A DNA stretch of 64,000 nucleotides from contig PDIP01000079.1 in NCBI GenBank assembly GCA_002811645.1, forward strand, positions 19,576 to 83,575. Direction: 5' to 3'. This DNA comes from Corallochytrium limacisporum Hawaii. Lineage: Eukaryota; Protista; Pluriformea. The notes under the pieces were generated by a model. It made no database searches and was not told where the DNA came from. It saw only the letters and a list, made by a program, of their open reading frames with translations. The position numbers were made by a program, and so were the translations under genes. Positions 54,685-64,000 of this stretch are shown piece after piece. Within the stretch, counting starts at the first letter, position 1. The number at the start of each line of letters is the position of its first letter.

Positions 54685-56863
54685 ACCGAATGAGCGAGAA
54701 ACTTCCTTCTCACCAAATCAACTCTGGTGCAGGAATATAGGTGCTGTTCCCGAATAATCAAGAATTTAATACAAAATGTACTGGATTATTCATGATTTCT
54801 TGTAATTATCCGTTCCACCGAATGCCATCGGCTCCCTCTGGACAGAGACTGGCTCACGGGGACCAGGAAAAGTGGAAACCACATACAGAGAATAAAGCAC
54901 GAATGCCTAAAACTTCACCGAATATTTTGTATGGATAACCAATAGATTGTCCCTCATGGGCTGTGCAAAGGCATCGCATTGAGCTCCCCTTGCTTTCGGC
55001 AAAGGGCAGCAAACAGGCACCCACGGTCGAGAGAAGCTCTCACAGATGGTACCCAATGTACTGAAACTTGGAACGCAGAAAACTATCAACCGATGGGAGA
55101 CCGAGGGAGTCATGAGGAAGGTGATAGAACCAGGGGAAGAGGAGGGGGGCGGAATGGAACATTCGGGACGGAATAGCAAGGGCTGTGCGGGTCCCAGGGT
55201 CAATTGAATCAATGAAAAATAGACATTATAGAATATTAAAGTATGAAAAACTAGAATATTATATTGATTTATACTACAAGTCCTCCTCAACAGGCCCTAC
55301 CACATGGAACCCCCATTGTTCAGCTGGTGATCCGGGGCGAGCGAGACCGCTGGGGCCGAGCCGACAGTGAAACTGTACACACATAGTGAGCGAACCTACA
55401 TCACGAGGAGGTCGGGGGGCTTGGGCCGTCTTTGTTACTGTGTTCGGACGGTTGCGTTTTTCCTACTATGTGGGGGAAGTGGGTAACGCGAGGGGGAACG
55501 GGCAGTCAATCCCCGGTTCGCACCCTTTTCCGGGGATGGCGCTCATTATCCTCCACAAGGCACCTCAGGTCTCCCGTTCAACGGTTCAGAAAGCCAGTTG
55601 GCTTCACATGCCTTTCGAAACCTCTTTGCTTCGGGGGTCTTGTTCGTGTGTGTGGATACGGACGAACGTACCTGCGGGTGAAGGACGACGGGTCTCGTCT
55701 CCAAGAAGGAGCCTCCCGAAGCTGGCACGCAGCACAATGCCACCCTCTACCGTGTATGCGGGGGCAGACGAAGCTGAATGAAAGGGATCAGTCGACAAGC
55801 TGTTACTCGGAGTAGCCTCAGACATGGTCACGAAAGTACGGCAAACGCAAAACAGAGGCCCATGGCACATCCCTTTGGGTGATTGGAATCCTTCGTGAAG
55901 AAGTATGTCCCAACACGTTTGCAAACATCGTGATTCACAAATCCCCTGCCAAATTACAAACAAAGGCATCGATTACTGCATGTCCAGCGATGACTGTGAC
56001 GAACGTACATAAATCCTAAAGCGCCACCCTCATGTAACCGACCATAAGGGAGCCGAGTAGTGAGAGATTGTCTTGCCTGCGACTTCACGCGCCATCTGCA
56101 TTTACTGACACCCTTTAGTGTGCGTGTGGCCGCTGGCTTTCATTGTCTCCCCCAGCCTTTTTTTTGGCTGCCGACAGAAAACTGTAAACCTAATATACAG
56201 GGATGACCTCGAATAAATTCGTAAATAAGTTTAGTTAGGGGTAAGTTTACCGATGATCGACAGCGGCCTAGCTCCCTCGCCCTCCCCAAACTCCAAGGCC
56301 CAACCCCTTTGGTCAACGCGGTGGCTGCGTGTGTTCATGTGTCTCTCCACCGCCTCCGACTCCCAAACTCTTCCTCCCCTCCTGGCCAAGCTTTGTTTCC
56401 CCCATTTTGTTGTTTTGAGACGATGACTTCTTTGTAAATGTGAGACTGGGGTAATACTAAAAATATGGAAATGGCATAGGTCCGACGTATCACTTTCGCA
56501 GCACTTTTGTTTACCCTCCTCTGCTTATGAAGCTGGGACATGCCAAGCCAACAGGTTAGTCGCCTTGTGACCTCAGCCAGTCTCTGCAAAGAGTGGGAAC
56601 GACCTGCAGGGGTTATGTGTGGGCCTATCCATTGCATTTGGCAGTTGCAACTGCGTGTCTTGGGAGCGGCTTCACTTCAAAGTTTCACAGAGAGTCACGG
56701 AATCGCAATAAAATTGAGGGTGCATTGGATATCAATATCTAACTAATAGTTGTCTCTTGAGCTGGTATTTTGAGTCTGGCGTGTAAGACCTTTAGTAGAG
56801 TGTATCGTTGTTTTTTGAGCGCTACATACCATCGGGTAGAAAGCATCACGTTACGTAGGAAAT

Positions 56864-57118
56864 ATGTTCTTTGCACGCGCTGCCGTACGGGCCGTTGGCC
56901 GCCGGGGATACGCCACTGCACCCCAGGACCCCATCCAGAAACTGTACGTGGAGAAGATCCGCGAATATGCTGCTTCCAGGTCAAAGGCTGGAGGTAAGCA
57001 GGACTTTGAAAAGATGCAGGCGGAACTTGACAAGGTCACCCGTCAGTTCGGAATCAAGCACAACCTGAAGATCGAGCAGTACGTGAAGACTAAGCCTACT
57101 CCTGCCCAGAAGAAGTAA
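56864..57118 (+). CDS. ATP5PF: Mitochondrial ATP synthase coupling factor 6 (animal-type)
   Basis: Presequence, then DPIQKLYVEKIREY and ELDKVTRQFG. Confidence 0.85.
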   Translation: MFFARAAVRAVGRRGYATAPQDPIQKLYVEKIREYAASRSKAGGKQDFEKMQAELDKVTRQFGIKHNLKIEQYVKTKPTPAQKK

Positions 57119-58058
57119 TTAAGTCACATCCAAGAAAGTCTCGGTAATTTAGTAAATACGGGATCATGGCAATAATAGAAAAATGCATAAATGTGGATAA
57201 CATTATTATAACCATCGTATCCAGGGATCCAATTATCTTTTGTCGCACATATTCCTTTTAATCATATTTTCATCGGAATCTTTAAAAGTGTTTCCGGTAT
57301 TGTGGTGGAGATTGCCCGCATGCGGACCTTATCAGAGCTGCAGCAGTGCGCTAGTACCCTTTCGAGGTGTGGGCTCTGGCACTATCGTGATTCGTTTCCC
57401 TTGTACCCTCCACCCAGGTCTGCAGACAGAGAGCTCCACAGCGCTCGAGGATTCTCCATGGCTCCCAGTCGCTTCCTAGTTGAGCTTATTACCGGATGCT
57501 TGTGTTCCCAGGAACGAGCTTGAAGCCTCTGTGTCCCGATTCACGATCTCTATATTTTGTTCTCTATCTTTATCCTCTCTTCTCTTGAGATTCTACCTCT
57601 GGCCACGAATAATCTTTAAGTGTACGGCGCTGTGGTTTGTCGTCTTCTTCTGTAAGAGTTGATCCTCTGTGGGTGTCACTGGCGTGATGGGATCTGCGGT
57701 CGCTCCCGCGACCGCTAGGTCCTCCCCCCGGGTCCCCCCCATTCTCTCTCGCTCCCGGTCAGTCGTATGGGTTGGTGGTGGAGAGCCGATGGGAGCGACC
57801 CCGAGTCTCAGTCAACGCGCCAAGCGTGGACTGTTCGGGTTCTCGGCATCACTGTACGGGAGAAACACTTGGTATGAGAGGATCACAAGGTACATAAGGT
57901 AGCCACGAGCTCGTATCATACACAATCATAGAAATCTAAAAAGTGTTATAGATATCTTCGCCAAACAGTCCGGACCGATCACGTGTGGCAAAACGTACAA
58001 CCATATGTGACCATCGGGCTCGGGTAGGCGTAGTTGGACATGATATTGACATAACCAG

Positions 58059-61000
58059 ATGCCCAAAGGAAATCCCTCAAGACAGCCGAAAGGGCAGAGT
58101 GCGGCCAAATCTGCTAGGGCACTCGCTCAGGTGGGATCCGGGACAGGTCTGGTCACATTTGAGAGTGTATCTGGCAGCAATGACGTCGGATTTGACGTTG
58201 AGTCCGGATCGAAAGCGCAATCAAGCGGTTTTGATGAAGATTTGACTCTTGCCTTCGATGCCCGCTTGCGTGGCAACTTAAAAAAGCTTTATAAGAAAGA
58301 TGCAACTACCAGGAACAAAGCACTAAACGACCTACGTCAGGACGTGGATCTCTTGGTTGAGAATCAAGGTGTGCTATTGTACTTTGTTAGACAATTGGAT
58401 CATCTCAGTCAGGATGTCGACCAGAGAGTACGCTTGGGCTATGCAGAGCTCATCGGTGAGATGGCTAAGGCCGCGGGTAAGTCCTTGGCACCAGTACTCA
58501 AAGAAATCTTGCCGGTTTGGCTTCTCCTGCAGTACGACTCCAATCGCGAGGTTGCTCGGAGGGCCACCGAGGGGTTCCATGCAACTTTCAGTGGCGAGAA
58601 GCGACCAGCAGTGTACAAACATGCGGAGAATGCAATATGCACAGAGCTGGGCGCCAATCTGCTTCGCCGATCTGCTGCGGAGATCAATCGAAACATTCCA
58701 TGCACACCTGAGGAAGGCAGGCAAAGGTATGAGAGAATATTCACCGCTTCGTTTGCAGTGCTAGTGCACTTAGCCATTGCTGCGCATCGCACAAGAGCGG
58801 CAGAGGATGGTGAGTACGCCAGTACTGTGGCAGACATTTTGAGAGCCAAAAAGTTTTGGCAGAATGCAGGATTTTCCGGCAACAAGTCAGGGGCATCGGA
58901 CGGGGTGAAGACATCAGTCAGCCGAAATCTACAGGATTTATTGGAACACTACCCACAGTTGGTACAAGCACGAGCAGACGTGGCTGAAATGGTTAGCCAA
59001 CAGATCATCAAGATCTTGAACGACACAAATCTGAAACGGCTCGTGTGGCAGCTGCTGCCTGCCCTATTGCATGCAGTCCCGGATGCCCTTACCCATGCCA
59101 AGAGTTTCCAGAAATCAATTGTGGTCCCGTTGATTCAACAATTGCGCGATGTGGGCCAAGCAGACGCAGAATCCGTCTACCCGATGGTGGTTGTACTCAT
59201 GTCACGCATTCCAGAAGAGCTCATTCAGAAAACTCCAGAGTTTTATTGGGATGTGTTGGAGACGCTGAATCGGGCTCTATTTAAATCTACTTTGGCCAGT
59301 GAGGCAAAAGCTATCAGCACTGCCTACCAACAGTCCCTTTTGTTGCCCTTCGCCCAGAGGGCATACCGACATGTGCTACTGGAATCTGTTCCTGAACACA
59401 TTGCTGGTTGGACGATTGTAATGAAGGGCATAAGTTCCATGGTCAGTGGAGGTCTCGAGGTTTTGAAGGAGTCTGAAGGATGGTCTCCGTCCGCACAAGA
59501 GTCCCTCAGAAGGAATCTTGGAAACTGTTTCGACATTGTACAATTTTGTGTCTTCAAAGCGATTCTATCGAGCCTGGATGCTGGTGCATCACAGGTGGAT
59601 CTCCTTCCTGCCACAGAGAATGTCGTCAGCGGAGTGATCTCTGAGATGTGCGGCAAGATCCGGATGCATAGTGCCACGGGTAGGACCGCTGAGGCCTATG
59701 AGCAGCTGCATTACGGCACCTTTGGAGGCCTCTGCGCAGGATTGGCCAAACAAACCGTGATGTCCATCGTTGATGTCACAAAGCCATCCTTGGTACTTGA
59801 AGACGGACCGGCCAAGTTATGTGGCAACTATCTCCACGATATGCTCCAAGATGGCAAGGCAATGATGCGATGTGCCGTAAGGATCTTGAAGGATACAGCT
59901 GGCAGTAGCCTCGCCGCCCAAGCAATGACCAGTAGCTCTTCTTATGTGGACATCCTTACTTTCTGTGGCACGTTGGCCTCAAGTGTAACTGACACGAGTG
60001 TGAGGCTATTTGATGACGATGGCACTGCCCGTGAAGTGAAGCTTGATGACTCTGATCGACAGTTGGTATGTTCATTGTTTGCACTAGGAGCAAAGCATGC
60101 TGACAAAATCCCCATTGGAAAAGACAATGTTTCGCCCGAAACAATAATGAGCGGCATGGTTGACCAAGCTCTGGACGCTTTGTCTGTGGGGGCGGAAGCT
60201 ACTGTAGGTCTTTCTCTGTTCAATGATCTGCTTACGGAGATCCAGCGCCGCACCTTCGGTGATGATTTTCTGTCCCCGTCATCGAGTGGTCTTTTTGTGA
60301 AGGTCAAGAAACTGCAGAAGCTTCTTGATGTAGTTCTTGACTCGGACTTTTGGGCCGAAGAGAAACTTTGGCCCAACATCCTGAGAACGATTTTGGGCAA
60401 TGCATACCTTGACGACAATACTGAGACCAGGAAACGTGAGTGGTTTGTCTCACTCGTTGATGAGGAAACAATTGATGTCATTCTTGAAGAAGCTTTGAAT
60501 CTTTTTGGCTTGGACCTCGAGGCACTGACTGAGGCGGTCAACACCAAGGACGCAGAGGTCATGCTCTTATGCACAGCCACAGTCACAAACTATGCCCACA
60601 TCTTCTCTTCTTACCTCAGTGCTCCTCTACGCCATGCCGATCAACATGTGTCAGACCTTGCACCTGGTGTAGTAGATCTGACAATCCAGTTTCTGGCAAT
60701 TATTTCGGACGAACCGATTATTGAGGCTGTTACGCAAACTGATACGGGAAAACAAGCAAAGGACGGAATCGACGCGCTGCAAGACATTCTCGTCGGTGCA
60801 AAACAGACGATCCTACACCTGCAAGGTACCGATGGAAAGAGTTCGGGACAGTTCCGCAGTGCAATTCAAGAGGCTTGCCTTGGAAGAATATCGGAATGCA
60901 TTGACGATCTTGTTAGTCAGTATGAAAAGGTAACAGTGCAAAACGTTCCCTTTGACAAGATCTGGACCACAATGAAGTCACTCTGTTATATGTCAGATGC

Positions 61001-63671
61001 CCTTGAGTACCCTCAGACTGAAATTATCGTTGACTTGATAGGCCGCATCGCAGGAAGGGCGGCAGAAAGCATTGAGAAGCGCAGAAACAAAGACCTCTCA
61101 CCGCAAACAGCTCCCAATGACATCACAATGCTCAGGACATTGCAAGGCAATACAGCTGATGCTGAACTCGAGGCATCACTGCTTGAATCACTCTCAGCTC
61201 CCCGCATCGGTGGGTACGGGATTCGTATGGTGGCCGCTTGCTTTGGGATGTATCGCATATGGTACCCCGAAGAACACGTATTTGCCACATCTCATCTGGA
61301 TGAGGAAGACACACTCAGCCGACTGTCTTGGCTGATGCATTATCGAAATGGTAAGATGCACTACTTTTACATGGAAGCGTTCTATTTTGTGGCATGGTTG
61401 AGAACCGTTGTTGGGTATGCTGAAGACTATCGCATCGCTCACTGTCTTCCTACTACGGAGGGCAGTCTTCAGGACTGGCCCTGGGTTAACTTCCAGAGTT
61501 TGACAGTGTGGCTCAGTACATGGCAGAGGCCGGTAGAGTCTATTTGCCAGATTGATGCCCCGGCTTTGGCAACCCGAATGACCAGCTGCAAGTCTGCCTC
61601 TCTGCCGCTTTGGAGTCGGGTGCTTCAGCACCTCTTTGGCCAGTGTGCTGCGTTGGACGATGTGATGAGTATGTTGGAAGCTAACTGGTCTGCACCTGAG
61701 GGTCTGTCTCGCTACTGGACGATTAAGGCACTCCTCCGTCATCTGCACAGCTGCAAAGAGGACACCATGAGTCCAGCGGTGCTCCGTCGCATTGAGAGTT
61801 TCATCTTCAGGGAGGACGGTGATGGCTCAGCACGGGGTGTCGTCAGCCGAGCGATGGTTGCCTTGGAGTACGTAGAGGCTTTGGAGGTGTACACAATCCC
61901 AGTGGTCTGCCTCACACATGATTCACAGTCTCCATGTCCCCTCAATGCCCATGGAGACCTTCATGAGTACTGCGGCAGTACTGCTCGCACAGTGCTCTAT
62001 GACACGATTGAGCTGATGCGTTCCAATGAGATTGACATTTCTTCGTCCTCCATGAGTCATCTGCTGTCACGTGCTGTGTACTTGATGTTGTCGAAGCGAC
62101 AGAATGATGGAACATACGCATACACCTTCTTCAATGACAAGCAGCGGGATTGGCTATGGAATGAAATCGAAACCGCACTGCGAGCCGGCCTGACGAAGGA
62201 AGTCTTGCCCGAAGATCTCATCGTTCCGGAAGACGCGAAAAATGTGCTTGACGTGACTCTCACAATGATTTGTCTCCGTATCTACACAGATATTGGCCGA
62301 TTCCACCTCATGAACCCAGAGCCTCGGCACCGCGATGTCAGCGTGGTGGATGATAAGGTTGTAGACAGAGTATCCAAAGCGTGGGATCGACTGCGTACCA
62401 ATATGTCTCCGCATGTGGCTCAACAATTCATGTCTGTACTTGCACAGTGTGGACAGAGTGCCAACCGCTTGCTCGATCCCTTTATCGACGTGGTCGCCAG
62501 GGCTGCCCAATTCCTGTCCCATAGTGATGTCGTTGACAGTTTCGAAGTCATAATGCTGGTAGAAAGTCTTGAGACCTCTCTGCATATCAGTCAGACACTA
62601 GCATTGCACGAAATTTTGAGGGCATTTAGCCTCTATACCGACTCAACAGCTGACGATGAAACTGGTGATCAAGACCCTGAGAGTGCGGAAGAGGCACAGG
62701 ACGCATTCCTACAAGAACCTGTTCGTGTGCAGCGCATTTTGGAGTTGTGCGTGTCCGCAAGGGACAAAGGCAAAAGCCCAGCCGAATACTACATCCACCA
62801 GACCTCTTTGCTGCTTGCGTGGGATCTTATCCTTGAACATTTTGAAAGTGTTGGTGCCAAGCGAAAAATGAACATCGCAGGCCATTTGCGGAAGATTGAC
62901 GCACTCGGGCCGATCATGGGCTTCATCTGTCAGCGTTTGGGATTAGGTGACGATGACGCGGATTTGCCTTCTATCACGGTCATCCCAGGTATCATGACTG
63001 CCGACTTTCGCAGGCAGAGAGCTGGCGCCGGCATATACCGGCCCGAAGGTCTAGATGTGCACATCTTACAGCGCACTCTTGACTCCTTGCCTGCCCTATG
63101 TCGCCAATGGTGGAGCTACCAAGACAGCAAGACTGTTCAGATCCGCTTCCAGGAATTCGTGGAAAAGCACATCAGTCCCGCACTGATCCACCGTCAGCTG
63201 TCTCAGGTCAAGGATCAATCTACTGTTGGCGACGATCTGACGGTGGCCGTACGGGCGCAGACGAATGAGGTCATCGCTACCTATGACCGTGACGAAGTCA
63301 CCATGACCCTACCGCTTAGCTTCCCATCATCGTTTCCTGTGAAGCCCGTGGCAGTCGACAAGGATGGCGCCAAGTTCGTTGGTGTCGGCTCTAACCACTG
63401 GCGCAAATGGCTGCTGCAGATAACTCTTTTCCTCAATGCGCAGAACGGATCTCTCCTGGACGCCTTCCGCGTCTGGCAGAGTGCCATTGAGAAGCGCTTT
63501 GAGGGCGTGGAAGAGTGTACCATTTGCTACTCGGTCGTACATGGTACAAACCAGCAACTACCGCAGCTCCGCTGTAAGACTTGCAGCAACAAATTCCACA
63601 GCGCTTGTCTCTACAAATGGTTTAGCACCTCGGGCCAATCCACATGCCCGCTGTGCCGTTCTCTTTTCTGA
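58059..63671 (+). CDS. LTN1: E3 ubiquitin ligase Listerin (ribosome quality control)
   Basis: LKKLYKKDATTRNKAL N-terminal domain; HEAT-like body; RWD; FEGVEECTICYSVVH..C..C..KFHSACLYKWF..CPLCR RING. Confidence 0.96.
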   Translation: MPKGNPSRQPKGQSAAKSARALAQVGSGTGLVTFESVSGSNDVGFDVESGSKAQSSGFDEDLTLAFDARLRGNLKKLYKKDATTRNKALNDLRQDVDLLVENQGVLLYFVRQLDHLSQDVDQRVRLGYAELIGEMAKAAGKSLAPVLKEILPVWLLLQYDSNREVARRATEGFHATFSGEKRPAVYKHAENAICTELGANLLRRSAAEINRNIPCTPEEGRQRYERIFTASFAVLVHLAIAAHRTRAAEDGEYASTVADILRAKKFWQNAGFSGNKSGASDGVKTSVSRNLQDLLEHYPQLVQARADVAEMVSQQIIKILNDTNLKRLVWQLLPALLHAVPDALTHAKSFQKSIVVPLIQQLRDVGQADAESVYPMVVVLMSRIPEELIQKTPEFYWDVLETLNRALFKSTLASEAKAISTAYQQSLLLPFAQRAYRHVLLESVPEHIAGWTIVMKGISSMVSGGLEVLKESEGWSPSAQESLRRNLGNCFDIVQFCVFKAILSSLDAGASQVDLLPATENVVSGVISEMCGKIRMHSATGRTAEAYEQLHYGTFGGLCAGLAKQTVMSIVDVTKPSLVLEDGPAKLCGNYLHDMLQDGKAMMRCAVRILKDTAGSSLAAQAMTSSSSYVDILTFCGTLASSVTDTSVRLFDDDGTAREVKLDDSDRQLVCSLFALGAKHADKIPIGKDNVSPETIMSGMVDQALDALSVGAEATVGLSLFNDLLTEIQRRTFGDDFLSPSSSGLFVKVKKLQKLLDVVLDSDFWAEEKLWPNILRTILGNAYLDDNTETRKREWFVSLVDEETIDVILEEALNLFGLDLEALTEAVNTKDAEVMLLCTATVTNYAHIFSSYLSAPLRHADQHVSDLAPGVVDLTIQFLAIISDEPIIEAVTQTDTGKQAKDGIDALQDILVGAKQTILHLQGTDGKSSGQFRSAIQEACLGRISECIDDLVSQYEKVTVQNVPFDKIWTTMKSLCYMSDALEYPQTEIIVDLIGRIAGRAAESIEKRRNKDLSPQTAPNDITMLRTLQGNTADAELEASLLESLSAPRIGGYGIRMVAACFGMYRIWYPEEHVFATSHLDEEDTLSRLSWLMHYRNGKMHYFYMEAFYFVAWLRTVVGYAEDYRIAHCLPTTEGSLQDWPWVNFQSLTVWLSTWQRPVESICQIDAPALATRMTSCKSASLPLWSRVLQHLFGQCAALDDVMSMLEANWSAPEGLSRYWTIKALLRHLHSCKEDTMSPAVLRRIESFIFREDGDGSARGVVSRAMVALEYVEALEVYTIPVVCLTHDSQSPCPLNAHGDLHEYCGSTARTVLYDTIELMRSNEIDISSSSMSHLLSRAVYLMLSKRQNDGTYAYTFFNDKQRDWLWNEIETALRAGLTKEVLPEDLIVPEDAKNVLDVTLTMICLRIYTDIGRFHLMNPEPRHRDVSVVDDKVVDRVSKAWDRLRTNMSPHVAQQFMSVLAQCGQSANRLLDPFIDVVARAAQFLSHSDVVDSFEVIMLVESLETSLHISQTLALHEILRAFSLYTDSTADDETGDQDPESAEEAQDAFLQEPVRVQRILELCVSARDKGKSPAEYYIHQTSLLLAWDLILEHFESVGAKRKMNIAGHLRKIDALGPIMGFICQRLGLGDDDADLPSITVIPGIMTADFRRQRAGAGIYRPEGLDVHILQRTLDSLPALCRQWWSYQDSKTVQIRFQEFVEKHISPALIHRQLSQVKDQSTVGDDLTVAVRAQTNEVIATYDRDEVTMTLPLSFPSSFPVKPVAVDKDGAKFVGVGSNHWRKWLLQITLFLNAQNGSLLDAFRVWQSAIEKRFEGVEECTICYSVVHGTNQQLPQLRCKTCSNKFHSACLYKWFSTSGQSTCPLCRSLF

Positions 63672-63745
63672 TTTCAGGCGTAGAACATGACATGGATCCT
63701 CTATTCTTGTACAATTATATTAGTAATGATAGTAGTAATATCACA

Positions 63746-64000
63746 TCAAGCGACCCCCTTGCCGTGCGCGGTCTTCAGTGCCTGCTTAAGCTCCATCTGC
63801 CAATCGGACAATTGTTCGGGATGCCAGTCTGACTGTCGCTGTAGAATTCGCTCCAATGTTGTCAAAGCACGGTCCGTATCCTCCGCAAAACAAAGAATGG
63901 GCAGCGCATCCAATGCGACTTCCACCACCTTGAGCACCACTGCGTGTGCCTGAATACTGGTCCTGTCCTCATCCTCAGTGTCCAAGTACATGCCATGTAG
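63746..64000 (-). CDS. 3' end of an unidentified gene entering from the right edge
   Basis: Frame open from the window edge (LHGMYLDTEDED...HGKGVA*), convergent on LTN1 across an AT-rich spacer. Confidence 0.7.
   Translation of the reverse strand, partial: LHGMYLDTEDEDRTSIQAHAVVLKVVEVALDALPILCFAEDTDRALTTLERILQRQSDWHPEQLSDWQMELKQALKTAHGKGVA

Noticed and set aside
55046-55207. 53-codon plus-strand ORF (MVPNVLKLG...) downstream of the HSE
   Set aside because: Short, with no recognisable motif; cannot be supported without expression data

Overview
Gene-dense eukaryotic nuclear DNA with about 23 protein genes or gene ends. The coding sequences are essentially intronless. The gene set (animal-type ATP synthase F6, NOMO, HERP-like, CENP-P, CFAP299, OSBP/CERT-type PH domain) points to an intron-poor unicellular relative of animals; Corallochytrium-like is an inference. 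Order: SLC26 anion transporter, Tim23, MetAP1, membrane alpha/beta hydrolase, CENP-P-like, MED17, broken CFAP299, CCDC90/MCUR1-like, SAM carrier, orphan beta-rich protein, Smaug/Vts1-type SAM protein, RPC9, HERP-like, PH-FFAT-Sec14 protein, small orphan with cell-cycle motifs, NOMO, SCaMC carrier, RasGEF, HSP70, ATP synthase F6, Listerin. The best candidate for a new system is a protein with the OSBP/CERT front end (PH, helical linker, FFAT) but a Sec14/CRAL-TRIO lipid-binding domain in place of ORD/START/GLTP, a possible new ER-Golgi contact-site lipid shuttle. Other highlights: an internally deleted flagellar gene, a candidate CDK/APC-regulated protein behind a palindromic E2F site, an apparent frameshift in the hydrolase, a distal heat-shock element, GTAC clusters and CnGn tracts in intergenic DNA, and strong strand alternation. 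There are three N gaps. No tRNA, rRNA, CRISPR array or intact mobile element was recognised. All family calls come from motif recognition by eye, not database searches.
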